Part shown: one piece after another, positions 27,931 to 37,012 of the stretch
Layout: the number at the start of each line of letters is the position of its first letter
How positions within the stretch are numbered: the first letter of the stretch is position 1
Origin: an uncultured Gemmatimonadales bacterium
GTDB taxonomy: Bacteria; Gemmatimonadota; Gemmatimonadetes; Gemmatimonadales; GWC2-71-9
Direction: 5' to 3'
Assembly: GCA_963795085.1 (NCBI GenBank)
Contig: CAWCFX010000003.1
Coordinates: 259,411 to 323,410, forward strand
Length of the DNA: 64,000 nt
Position numbers and translations under genes: made by a program
The notes under the pieces: model-generated
What the model was told of the DNA's origin: nothing
Databases searched by the model: none
What the model saw: the letters and a program-made list of their open reading frames with translations, nothing else

Positions 27931-29964
27931 ATGGCCTCAAACCCAGGCGCCCTCACGAGCATCGGTCTAGCCTGCCTCCTCCTGGTGCAAGGGGCGGGCA
28001 CCCTGTGGGCCCAGGGCCGGCGCGCGATCACGGTAGACCAATTCCTGGCCCTCAAGACTGTAAGCGATCCCCGGCCGTCGCCGGATGGGACACTGGTCGC
28101 CTACGTGGTCTCGGACGTGTCCCTGCCCGAGAACCGGACCGTTTCGCGCATTCACCTGGTGGAAGTGGCCAGCGGCCGAAGCCGCGAACTACCGACGGGC
28201 GCCGGGAACGCGCGGGCGCCGCGCTGGTCCGCCGATGGCAAGACCCTGGCCTTCGTGTCCACCGCGGAGGATGGATCCCAGGTCTGGCGCATGGCGATCG
28301 ACAGCGCGAGGCCGGTCCGGGTCACCCGGGATTCCGGCGGGATCGGGGAGCTGGTGGCCGCTCCGGACGGCCGGTCGTTCTATTTCACGAGGGACGTGAC
28401 ATGGCCGGCGGTCCAGGAGCTGGACCGGCGGCATGGCGCATTCCCCACCAGCGCCCGGATCTGGACCGATCTTTTCTACCGCCACTGGAATGAGTGGCGG
28501 GTGGGGACCCGGCAGCACCTGTTCCGGGTCACGCTCGCCGACGGGAAGGTCACCGACCTCACCCCGATCGACCGCGACGTCCCGACCCTGGCCCTGGGCG
28601 GCGCCGACATCGCCCTCTCCCATCCAGGCACCGAGCTGGCAATGGTGTTCAATCCTGACTCGGGCGTGGCGACCAGCACCAACAACGACATCTTTGTCGC
28701 CGGGCCCGACGGCAGCGGCCGGCAGCCCATCACCACCAATCCCGCCAACGATCATAGCCCCGCCTACTCGCCGGACAGCCGGTACATTGCCTACCTGGCG
28801 ATGGCGGTCCCCGGATTCGAGGCGGACCGTCAGCAGATCTGGCTCTACGAACGGGCGACCGGGCGCCGATCGGCGCTGGCGACGGACTGGAACGCGAGCG
28901 TCGCCGCGATCACCTGGAGCAACGACTCCCGCAGCATCATCGCGGAGACCGAGGAGCGCGGGGAGCACGTGTTCTACCGGGTCGAGGTGCCGAGCGGGGC
29001 CCGCACCCGTATCCTGAGCGGCGGGCTCAATACGTCGCTGGCGATCCCCCGGCGGGCGGACCTGCTTGTTTTCCTGCGGCAGACCGCAACCCAGCCTGCC
29101 GAGGTGTATGTGGCCAACCCGGATGGCGGCGGCGTACGCCCGCTGACCTCTGTCAACGGTCCGGCGATGGCCCAAGTGGCGGTCAATCCGCTGGAGCCGT
29201 TCGCGTTTGCCGGCGCCTTGGGCGACAGCATCCATGGCTGGCTGATGAAGCCGCCCGGCTTCAACAGCCGCGAGCGGTATCCGGTGATTTACCTGATCCA
29301 CGGCGGGCCCCAGGGGTCCTGGCTGGATACCTGGCACGCCCGATGGAACTACGCCCTCTTCGCGTCTCGCGGGTACGTGGTGGCCGCGGTGAACTTCCAC
29401 GGTTCGACCGGCTACGGACAGAGCTTCACCAACAGTATCAGCCGCCACTGGGGAGATTATCCATACGAAGACCTGATGAGCGGGGTGGACCACCTCGCCT
29501 CGTTGCCCTTCGTGGATTCCACCCGGATCGGGGCGGCGGGCGCCTCCTACGGCGGGTACATGATCTTCTGGATGGCCGGACACACCAACCGGTTCCGCAC
29601 CCTGGTCGCGCATGATGGCATCTTCAACACCATCAGCATGGCCGGTACCACCGAAGAACTGTGGTTTCCGCTGCACGAGTTCGGCGGCACCCAGCTGTCC
29701 CAGTCGGCCCGCGCCACCATGGAGAAATGGTCCCCCCACAACTACGTGGCGAACTGGGTCACCCCGATGCTGATCATCCACGGACAGCAGGATTTCCGGG
29801 TGGACGTCTCGGAGGGGTTCCAGGCTTTTACCGCCCTGCGCCTTCGGGGCGTACCGGGCAAGTTTCTCTACTTTCCCGATGAAGGGCACTGGGTGCTCAA
29901 GCCCCGAAACCGTCGGCTCTGGTGGGACACGGTCCTGGACTGGATGGATCAGTACCTGAAGTAA
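27931..29964 (+). CDS. S9 family serine peptidase (prolyl oligopeptidase / acylaminoacyl-peptidase-like) with N-terminal beta-propeller
   Basis: Part of ORF 27685..29964. ATG at 27931 gives signal peptide MASNPGALTSIGLACLLLVQGAGTLWAQG. Nucleophile elbow GASYGGYM, and downstream D and H (HGQQDFRV, DEGHW). Confidence 0.85.
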   Translation: MASNPGALTSIGLACLLLVQGAGTLWAQGRRAITVDQFLALKTVSDPRPSPDGTLVAYVVSDVSLPENRTVSRIHLVEVASGRSRELPTGAGNARAPRWSADGKTLAFVSTAEDGSQVWRMAIDSARPVRVTRDSGGIGELVAAPDGRSFYFTRDVTWPAVQELDRRHGAFPTSARIWTDLFYRHWNEWRVGTRQHLFRVTLADGKVTDLTPIDRDVPTLALGGADIALSHPGTELAMVFNPDSGVATSTNNDIFVAGPDGSGRQPITTNPANDHSPAYSPDSRYIAYLAMAVPGFEADRQQIWLYERATGRRSALATDWNASVAAITWSNDSRSIIAETEERGEHVFYRVEVPSGARTRILSGGLNTSLAIPRRADLLVFLRQTATQPAEVYVANPDGGGVRPLTSVNGPAMAQVAVNPLEPFAFAGALGDSIHGWLMKPPGFNSRERYPVIYLIHGGPQGSWLDTWHARWNYALFASRGYVVAAVNFHGSTGYGQSFTNSISRHWGDYPYEDLMSGVDHLASLPFVDSTRIGAAGASYGGYMIFWMAGHTNRFRTLVAHDGIFNTISMAGTTEELWFPLHEFGGTQLSQSARATMEKWSPHNYVANWVTPMLIIHGQQDFRVDVSEGFQAFTALRLRGVPGKFLYFPDEGHWVLKPRNRRLWWDTVLDWMDQYLK

Positions 29965-30020
29965 GCGGGCCGGGCCAGGGAGAGTATGGGCCGGTTGCAC
30001 GGCGTACCCAAGGAGAATCG

Positions 30021-30422
30021 ATGCGCTCGCTTTTCGTGCGCTGGATCATCAACGCGCTGGCACTCTACGCGGCGTTCAACATCATTCCGGGGATCCATTT
30101 CGAGAAGGGGCCGGTAGCGCTGCTGGTGGTGGCCGCACTGTTCGGGATGGTGAACAGCGCGCTCCGGCCACTGCTCACGGTGCTCACCTGCCCGCTGGTG
30201 GTCCTTACCCTCGGCCTCTTCACCTTTGTCATCAACGCCATGCTGCTCCTGATTACGGCGTGGCTCTCCGCACAGCTCGATCTCGGACTCTTCGTGGACG
30301 GGTTCGGTGCGGCATTCGTCGGCGGGCTGCTCATCGGCATCGTCAGCCTGGTGCTGTCGCTCCTGGTCGGCGAGCGGAAAATGGTGGTGCGGCGGGTGGA
30401 ACCGCCGGGAGACCAGCCGTGA
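30021..30422 (+). CDS. DUF360 / phage-holin-4_2 family small membrane protein (YvlD-like)
   Basis: AGGAGA RBS. MRSLFVRWIINALALYAAFNIIPGIHF... with four hydrophobic helices, the typical opening of this family. Confidence 0.65.
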   Translation: MRSLFVRWIINALALYAAFNIIPGIHFEKGPVALLVVAALFGMVNSALRPLLTVLTCPLVVLTLGLFTFVINAMLLLITAWLSAQLDLGLFVDGFGAAFVGGLLIGIVSLVLSLLVGERKMVVRRVEPPGDQP

Positions 30423-30757
30423 ACGCGCTCCTCTACCGTCCCGAACCGCTCCCCGACGCGATTCGCCGCTGGACGCGGCAGGCTCCCGACCACCTGCTCG
30501 GGCTGCTGGGTTGCGCCGGCCTCCTGGGCGCGGTCGCGGCGCTGGCCCTCGATTCTCACCAGTGGCCGGTGGCGACGGGCCTTGCGGCGGCCGGCGGCCT
30601 CGGGATCTGGGGCCGGCTCAGGCATGCCGCCAGCCGGCAACCGAGCCGGTGGCGTGCCGCCGTCGCGACCGCGGTCGGGGCCCTGACCCTCCTCGCCGCC
30701 GTGATCGCGGTGTCGGTGGGACTCCTGGTCTTCCTGGGGCCCGCGCCGCACTTCTGA
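30419..30757 (+). CDS. hypothetical membrane protein
   Basis: GTG at 30419 overlaps the preceding stop (GTGA). Three hydrophobic segments (LLGLLGCAGLLGAVAALAL, VATGLAAAGGLGIWG, AVGALTLLAAVIAVSVGLLVFL). No family recognised. Confidence 0.4.
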   Translation: MNALLYRPEPLPDAIRRWTRQAPDHLLGLLGCAGLLGAVAALALDSHQWPVATGLAAAGGLGIWGRLRHAASRQPSRWRAAVATAVGALTLLAAVIAVSVGLLVFLGPAPHF

Positions 30758-30771
30758 GACGGAGTTCGCCG

Positions 30772-31383
30772 ATGTCTCATCCACCCGTCACCGTCCTGCT
30801 GCTCCTCCTGGCATGGTGGCCCGGCGTGGCAGCCGGCCAGCAGGGCGCCCGGGCCTCCGAAATTCCGGCCATCTCCTGTGCCTACGCCGACGGCGTGCTG
30901 GGCACCGATTGGAGCCGGGGCCCGGTCACCGCGGCACGGCTTCCATCCGGCGAGATGATGATCTCGTCCCAGGCCAGCGGCCGGCTCGCGGGCACCATGC
31001 ATATCAGCGTCACCATCACCCATCACGAGCCCTCGCCGCCCTCGGAACCCCACGGCCAGTTGCACGTCCTGTTTCTCAACGATGGGCGTCTGGCGCAAGC
31101 CATGCTCCATCCCGACACGACCTCGCTGGCGCTGTTCCTGGATGATAGCCTGCACTTTGATCTGGGCACACCTGTTGAGGGCGAGGTCCAGGGCGCCACA
31201 CGTAGCGCACATCTGACGCTGCACACCGCCCTCCCCCGGGGGGCCTTCCTGGCGCTGGCCCGGGCCCGGAAGGGCCGCGTCACCATCGCCGGCCGCTCCT
31301 ACTCCATCGGAAGGAAGCTCCTGGAGCAGGTGTCGCGGGCCTACCGGGCGGTAATCTGTATGGCCCCCGTTGCCTACCCCTAG
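30772..31383 (+). CDS. hypothetical secreted protein
   Basis: Part of ORF 30307..31383. ATG at 30772 gives signal-like MSHPPVTVLLLLLAWWPGVAAGQQ. No family recognised. Confidence 0.45.
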   Translation: MSHPPVTVLLLLLAWWPGVAAGQQGARASEIPAISCAYADGVLGTDWSRGPVTAARLPSGEMMISSQASGRLAGTMHISVTITHHEPSPPSEPHGQLHVLFLNDGRLAQAMLHPDTTSLALFLDDSLHFDLGTPVEGEVQGATRSAHLTLHTALPRGAFLALARARKGRVTIAGRSYSIGRKLLEQVSRAYRAVICMAPVAYP

Positions 31384-31470
31384 CTCCAGGCCCGTGGCGC
31401 ACGACCGGGGCCTGCAGTGGGGTCAGTGGTCCGGGGCCTTTGGTGAATTGGGCCTTGGCCGCCTGTCTCA

Positions 31471-31518
31471 CTTGCCCCCTTGCCCCCCGCCCCTGCCCCC
31501 CTGCCCCCCTGCCCCCCC
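31471..31518. repeat. C-tract tandem array (CTTGCCCC x2, CCGCCC, CTGCCCCC x2, CTGCCCCCCC); reverse complement of the GGGGCAAG family
   Basis: Read directly from the sequence. Lies 48 nt upstream of the ppk GTG start. Confidence 0.85.
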
Positions 31519-31566
31519 GTGACGTACGGCATATCGCCGGGACCTATCCGCGGATAGATTCTCCCG

Positions 31567-33708
31567 GTGACCAACGTCCAGCACCCCCCCGCCACGGCTT
31601 CCGCTGCCCCCCCACCCGTGGACCTGCGGCACCCATCGCTGTACCTCAACCGGGAGCTTTCCTGGCTGGAGTTCAACCGGCGGGTCCTGTGGGAGGGGCG
31701 CGACGCCCGTAATCCTCTTTTGGAGCGGCTCAAGTTCCTGGCCATCTTCAGTTCCAACCTGGACGAGTTCTTCCAGGTGCGGGTGGCGGGGCTCAAGCAG
31801 CAGCTGGCCGCAGGCTACCACGAACGGACCGCGGACGGGATGACACCGGAGGACCAGCTGGAGGCGATCTCGGCGATCGTCCGGGGCATGCAGCGCCAGC
31901 ACAGCGAGTGCCTGCTCGGGGATATCCTGCCGGGATTGTCGCAGGCGGGGATCCAGGTGCTGGACATGGCCGACACGACGGAGGAGGACCGCCAGCACCT
32001 GGACCATTACTTCCACAGCCATGTGTTCCCGGTCCTGACCCCCCTGGCGGTGGACCCGGCGCATCCCTTTCCCTACATCAGCAATCTCAGCCTGTCGCTG
32101 GCGGTGGTGCTCCGGGACTCCGATGGCGATGAACGGTTCGCGCGGGTGAAGGTCCCCAGGATCCTGCCTCGCTGGGTGCGGCTGGCCGAACCCAATCGGT
32201 TCGTCCCCCTGGAGCAGCTGATCGCCGCCAACCTCGAGTCGCTCTTCCCGGGAATCGAAATCCTGGGCTCCTACACGTTCCGGATCACCCGGAACACTGA
32301 ATACGAGATCGACCACGACGAAGCCGAGGACCTGCTGAGCCTGATCCAGGAGGAGGTGCGTAACCGCCGGTTTGGTGAGGTGACCAGGCTGGAAGTGCAT
32401 CCCACCATGCCGGCCGAACTCAGGAAGATGCTCCTCGCCGAATTCGCGGAGGAGCAGGAGTCCCGGGTCCCGTGGCTGACGGCGGACGACATCTTCGATG
32501 TCAGCGGCCCGATGGACGGCACCGACCTCATGGTCCTGGCGGGGACCGATGTCCCGGCACTCAAGGACCCGCCCTATCACCCCACCACGCCGCTCCGGAT
32601 CGCCGGGCTGCGCGACATGTTCGAGGTGATCCGGGAGGGAGACGTGCTGCTGCACCATCCCTTCGAGAGTTTCGGCAACTCGGTCGAGCGCTTCATGCAG
32701 GCCGCGGTGGACGACCCCAACGTGCTCGCCATCAAGCTTACTCTCTATCGCACCGGCGGCGATTCCAGCATCGCCAAGCTGATGCTGCAGGCCGCCGAGC
32801 GGGGCAAGCAGGTCGCGGTGCTGATCGAGCTGCAGGCCAGGTTCGACGAAGAGAGCAATATCATCTGGGCTCAGCGGCTGGAGGATGCCGGGGTGCATGT
32901 GAGCTACGGCGTGGCGGGGCTGAAGACCCACAGCAAGGTGATGCTGGTCGTGCGGAACGAGGACGACGGCATCCGGCGTTACGTCCACCTGGGCACCGGC
33001 AACTATAATCCCAAGACCTCCCGGCTCTACACCGACTTTGGCCTCTTCACTTGTGACCCCCAGATCGGCGCGGACCTGACCGACCTGTTCAACGTCCTGA
33101 CCGGCTTCGCGGCCCCGGCCGGGTACCGCAAGCTGATCGTGGCGCCCAACGGCATGCGGGACGCGTTCATCCGGATGATCCGCCGGGAGGGGGAGCAGGC
33201 CCGGGAAGGCAAGCCGGCCCGGATCCTGGCCAAGATGAACTCCCTGGTGGACCCGGAGATTATCGTTGCCCTGTACGAGGCGTCCCAGGCCGGCGTCACC
33301 GTGGACCTCATCGTCCGCGGAATCTGCTGCCTGCGCCCCGGCCTCCCGGGGGTGAGCGAAAACATCCGGGTCATCAGCGTGGTTGGCCGGTTCCTGGAGC
33401 ACTCCCGCTCGTACTATTTCCTGAACGGGGGGGCGGAAGAACTCTATATCTCGTCGGCCGACTGGATGCCCCGGAACCTGGACCGTCGGATCGAAGTGGC
33501 GGGTCCGGTCGAGAACCCCAACCACCGGGCAACGATCCGGGATATCATGCAGATGATGTGGCGGGATAACCGGCAGGCATGGGAACTGGCCTCGGACGGA
33601 TCGTACACCCAGCGCTCGCCGGAGCCGGGCGAGGAGGAGCGGGCCACCCACCCCATGCTCATGGCCATCTACCGGGATGGCGGCCGGATCCCGCCCCTGC
33701 CCACCTAG
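31567..33708 (+). CDS. ppk: polyphosphate kinase 1
   Basis: 713-aa ORF (GTG start). YLNRELSWLEFNRRVL opening, and the two PLD-like HKD-type modules (HSKVMLVVR..., FLEHSRSYYF). Full-length PPK1 architecture. Confidence 0.9.
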   Translation: MTNVQHPPATASAAPPPVDLRHPSLYLNRELSWLEFNRRVLWEGRDARNPLLERLKFLAIFSSNLDEFFQVRVAGLKQQLAAGYHERTADGMTPEDQLEAISAIVRGMQRQHSECLLGDILPGLSQAGIQVLDMADTTEEDRQHLDHYFHSHVFPVLTPLAVDPAHPFPYISNLSLSLAVVLRDSDGDERFARVKVPRILPRWVRLAEPNRFVPLEQLIAANLESLFPGIEILGSYTFRITRNTEYEIDHDEAEDLLSLIQEEVRNRRFGEVTRLEVHPTMPAELRKMLLAEFAEEQESRVPWLTADDIFDVSGPMDGTDLMVLAGTDVPALKDPPYHPTTPLRIAGLRDMFEVIREGDVLLHHPFESFGNSVERFMQAAVDDPNVLAIKLTLYRTGGDSSIAKLMLQAAERGKQVAVLIELQARFDEESNIIWAQRLEDAGVHVSYGVAGLKTHSKVMLVVRNEDDGIRRYVHLGTGNYNPKTSRLYTDFGLFTCDPQIGADLTDLFNVLTGFAAPAGYRKLIVAPNGMRDAFIRMIRREGEQAREGKPARILAKMNSLVDPEIIVALYEASQAGVTVDLIVRGICCLRPGLPGVSENIRVISVVGRFLEHSRSYYFLNGGAEELYISSADWMPRNLDRRIEVAGPVENPNHRATIRDIMQMMWRDNRQAWELASDGSYTQRSPEPGEEERATHPMLMAIYRDGGRIPPLPT

Positions 33709-33744
33709 TGGACGGTCTCACATGTTTCGATATTCGCTGTCGAA

Positions 33745-33880
33745 CAGCTCACCACGGAGACACCAAGCACACGGGAGGTAGCACGGAGCACCGGCTCAAG
33801 AGCCGCAAATCCCAATACCTTGGTGGCAGCATGAAGCTTCTTCGTGCTGCCTTCGTGAACTCCGTGACTCCGTCGTGAAT
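33745..33880. repeat. imperfect inverted-repeat element built from CACGGAG (left) and CTCCGTG/CTTCGTG (right) heptamers, with a central 12-bp hairpin
   Basis: Left: CACGGAG at 33753-33759 and 33782-33788, CACGGGAG at 33770-33777. Right: CTCCGTG at 33860-33866, CTCCGTC at 33868-33874, CTTCGTG twice (33841-33857 region). TCACCACGGAGACACC versus the reverse complement of CGTGACTCCGTCGTGA matches 13/16. Central hairpin GGCAGCATGAAG-CTT-CTTCGTGCTGCC (33825-33851). Sits in the 212-nt gap between convergent ppk and dnaJ. Confidence 0.7.
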
Positions 33881-33920
33881 CAGTTCCTTCCCGCCTGATC
33901 GGAACTCTGGATACAGTCCA

Positions 33921-35021
33921 CTAGTACTTGAGGCCGGCCGCGTCGGCGAAGTCCTTTAGTTTCTCTTCCGCTTCCGGCGTCAGTGTTTCCGGCATGGTCA
34001 CCTGGATCTGGACCAGCTGATCGCCCTTCTGCCCGGCCTTTTGAATCCCCAGTCCCTTGATCCGGAACTTCCGCCCCGGTTGCGTTCCCGCGGGAATTCT
34101 GAGCACCACTTTCTGGCCATCGAGGGTGCGGACCCGGAGCCGGGTACCCAGGGCCGCCTGGGCCAGGTTGATGGGGACTTCGCAGATCAGGTTGAGGCCG
34201 TCCCGCTGGAAAAAGCGGTCTTCCTGGACCTGAAATGTGATGATCAGGTCGCCTGGTGGTGCGCCGGCCCGCCCCGGCTCGCCCTGGCCCTTGAGCCGCA
34301 CCTTGTTGCCCGTCTCGGTGGCGGAGGGAACCGTGATCATGATTTCGCGCTGAACGCGGAGTTCGCCGGCGCCCTGGCAGACCGGGCAGCGTTCGGACGG
34401 GATCTTACCGCGGCCGCGGCACTTGGGACAGGGCCGGCTGACCGCGAAGCCGCCCTGTCCGAACGAGACCGTTCCCCGGCCGTGGCATTCATCGCACACG
34501 ATGATCTTTGCCCCGGGCGCGGCACCGCTGCCGTGACAGTTGGAACAGCTTTCAGTCATAGGGAGGATCACCGGTACCTTGCCGCCCAGCGCGGCGACCC
34601 GGAACGGCACTTCGACCACCGCCTCCAGCGATTCGCCCCGGGACTCCTCCTTGCGGCCCCGGCCGAAGATGGAGGAAAAAATGTCGCCGAGCCCGAACCC
34701 GTTGATATCGCCGTAGTCGAAAGCCTCCTCCGCCCCCGGCTGGCCGGCCGGCCGGCCGGGACCCCGCGCGCCCGCCCCCTGGCGGCGAAACGTGTCGAAG
34801 GCACCCAGTTTCCTCATCTGGTCATACTGCTTCCGCTTGTCGGCGTCGGAGAGCACGCTGTGCGCCTCCGAGATCTCCTTGAAGCGGTCGGCGGCCTGGG
34901 TGTTGTTCGGATTGGCATCCGGATGGTACTGCTTGGCCAGCCGCCGGTAGGCCTTCTTGATTTCGGCCGGCGAGGCGGTTTCCGGGACGCCCAGGACCTG
35001 ATAGAAGTCCTTGTCGGCCAC
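33921..35021 (-). CDS. dnaJ: molecular chaperone DnaJ
   Basis: J-domain with HPD (KQYHPDANP), G/F-rich region, four CxxCxGxG zinc-finger repeats (CSNCHGSG, CDECHGRG, CPKCRGRG, CPVCQGAG). GTG start overlaps the grpE stop (TAGTG). Confidence 0.9.
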   Translation of the reverse strand: MADKDFYQVLGVPETASPAEIKKAYRRLAKQYHPDANPNNTQAADRFKEISEAHSVLSDADKRKQYDQMRKLGAFDTFRRQGAGARGPGRPAGQPGAEEAFDYGDINGFGLGDIFSSIFGRGRKEESRGESLEAVVEVPFRVAALGGKVPVILPMTESCSNCHGSGAAPGAKIIVCDECHGRGTVSFGQGGFAVSRPCPKCRGRGKIPSERCPVCQGAGELRVQREIMITVPSATETGNKVRLKGQGEPGRAGAPPGDLIITFQVQEDRFFQRDGLNLICEVPINLAQAALGTRLRVRTLDGQKVVLRIPAGTQPGRKFRIKGLGIQKAGQKGDQLVQIQVTMPETLTPEAEEKLKDFADAAGLKY

Positions 35022-35683
35022 TAGGACTGGCCCTGGTCGGAGTAGACCTGCACCCGGGCCGGCCGGATCAGGGTGCCTTTAAACGAGTAGCCGGATTGGA
35101 AGGTCGCGCTGACCGAGTGGTCCTGTTCCGGGCTGGGCGGCGGGAGCGTGGACACGGCCTCATGCCTGGTCGGATCGAACGGCTGCCCCGCCGGGTCGAT
35201 CCGTTCCAGTCCGCTGGATTCGAGTTCCTTGCGCAGTTTCCGGTTGATCATCACGGTGGCATCGTAAAGCGGGCCGGTCTGCTCGGCGCTGGCTTCGCCC
35301 GCGACCAGCCGGTCGAGGTCGTCCAGCACATCCAGCATCCGCATCACGAACGCCGCCTGAGCCCGGTCCGTCAGCTCGACCCGCTCCCGGGCGACCCGCT
35401 TCCGGAAGTTGTCGAACTCCGCCGCCAGCCGAAGCAGCTTGTCCCGGCTATCATCGAGTTCGCGGGTCAGCCGGGCCGCCCGTTCCTCGAGCGGTTCCAT
35501 CGGCAGACCGCTGCCCCCTGTCGAAGGCTGGTGCAACTCCCCAACCTCCGCCACTTCGGCATCAGCCGTCACGGTCCGGTCGTCGGTCGCCCCGTCGGCC
35601 TGGACCACTTCTTCGGTAACCTTATGTTTGTTCTTCACTTGGCTTGCTCTCTTCGAGGAAGGCGAGTCGAAAGATAATAGCAA
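35021..35683 (-). CDS. grpE: nucleotide exchange factor GrpE (start uncertain; alternative GTG at 35638)
   Basis: LLRLAAEFDNFRKRVARE, and FDPTRHEAV with a C-terminal beta domain (YSFKGTLIRPARVQV). Confidence 0.85.
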   Translation of the reverse strand: MLLSFDSPSSKRASQVKNKHKVTEEVVQADGATDDRTVTADAEVAEVGELHQPSTGGSGLPMEPLEERAARLTRELDDSRDKLLRLAAEFDNFRKRVARERVELTDRAQAAFVMRMLDVLDDLDRLVAGEASAEQTGPLYDATVMINRKLRKELESSGLERIDPAGQPFDPTRHEAVSTLPPPSPEQDHSVSATFQSGYSFKGTLIRPARVQVYSDQGQS

Positions 35684-35719
35684 CCGTCGTACCGCCCACG
35701 TCAGCCACCATGGCAGTCC

Positions 35720-36955
35720 CTAACCTGCGATCATCCCGTATAGCTGGAACAGCGCCGCCTGCGCGGCCCGGGTCCGGATTTCTTCCCGGGAGCCGGGGAA
35801 GACATAGGAGCGGGCCTGAATTTCGCCGCCGGCAAGGCTGGCGTACCAGACCAGGCCAACCGGCTTTCCCGGGCTGCCGCCGCTGGGACCGGCGATCCCC
35901 GTGATCGCCATTGCCAGGGTAGCGCCAAAGCGCTCCGCCACGCCGTGAGCCAGCGCCCGGCAGACCGGCTCGCTCACGGCGCCGTGCTCCCGGATCAGGG
36001 CCGGATCGACGCCCAGGTGGGCGGTCTTCACGGCATCGCTGTAGGCGATGACGCCTCCCTCGAAGACATCGGAACTGCCGGGAATCGCCGTGAGCCGGCC
36101 CCCCAGGAGCCCGCCGGTACAGGACTCGGCCACCGCGAGCCGGTTTCCCGTGGCGCGGGCAGCGTCGAGCACCCGGGCCGCCAGGTCTGCGGTCCCTTCG
36201 GCATAGATGTACCGGCCCGCCCTCTCCTGGACCCGGTGGGCGGCGGCGGCCAGGCATTCGGCCGCCCGGTCCGGTCCCAGGTCCCACGCGGTGAGGCGCA
36301 GGTCCACCCCCAGGAGACCGGGGAGGTAGGCCAGGGACACCGGCGCGATCGGGGCATCGATATCATCCAGCAACTCGGCGAGCGTCGACTCTGCGATCCC
36401 GGTGGTCCGGAGGGTGCGCGACTGGATGACCGACCCTGAGGCCCTGGCGGCCAGCCGGGGAACCACCTCGCCGGTCATCAGGCCCCGCATTTCCACCGGA
36501 ACGCCGGGCAACAGGATGGCCAGCCCCGGTTTGCCCTCGAGCCAGAGTCCGGGCGCGGTTCCGCGCGGGTTGGGCAGCACCGTGGCGCCCCGCGGAACCT
36601 CGGCCTGGCACCGGTTGCTCACGGCCAGGGGACGGCCGTAGCGGGCGAAACGTGCCTCCAGTTCCTGCCAGATCTCGTCCCGGAATTCCAGGGGGAGCCC
36701 GAACAGGCCGGCCACGCTTTTCTTGGTGATGTCGTCGCGGGTGGGTCCCAGCCCGCCGGTGGTAATGACGGCCCCGGTGCGGGCCAGCGCATCGGCGAGG
36801 GCGGACTCGATAGTGCGGGGGTGGTCGGGGATGGCGGTGCGGCGGGCAACCCGGACGCCGGCGGGTGCCAGCAGCTGGGCGATCTCGGCGCTGTTGGTAT
36901 CGACGGTGAACCCCAGCAGCAGTTCAGTGCCGATCGTGAGGATTTCTATATCCAT
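35720..36955 (-). CDS. cinA: CinA: N-terminal MoCF-biosynthesis-like domain + C-terminal nicotinamide-nucleotide amidohydrolase (PncC)
   Basis: MDIEILTIGTELLLGFTVDTNSAEIAQ..., GGLGPTRDDITK, and C-terminal AVAESCTGGLLG. Confidence 0.85.
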   Translation of the reverse strand: MDIEILTIGTELLLGFTVDTNSAEIAQLLAPAGVRVARRTAIPDHPRTIESALADALARTGAVITTGGLGPTRDDITKKSVAGLFGLPLEFRDEIWQELEARFARYGRPLAVSNRCQAEVPRGATVLPNPRGTAPGLWLEGKPGLAILLPGVPVEMRGLMTGEVVPRLAARASGSVIQSRTLRTTGIAESTLAELLDDIDAPIAPVSLAYLPGLLGVDLRLTAWDLGPDRAAECLAAAAHRVQERAGRYIYAEGTADLAARVLDAARATGNRLAVAESCTGGLLGGRLTAIPGSSDVFEGGVIAYSDAVKTAHLGVDPALIREHGAVSEPVCRALAHGVAERFGATLAMAITGIAGPSGGSPGKPVGLVWYASLAGGEIQARSYVFPGSREEIRTRAAQAALFQLYGMIAG

Positions 36956-37012
36956 GCATCCTGGCCGCCCCTCGCGGGGCCATGGCAGCGCCCGGGTCTG
37001 TCGTGCGTTCCG

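Noticed and set aside
30021-30422. Phage holin family (DUF360) gene as a hint of a prophage
   Set aside because: No terminase, capsid, tail, integrase, endolysin or att-like repeats are nearby. Flanking genes are ordinary chromosomal genes with the same composition. This family is widespread as a stand-alone membrane protein.
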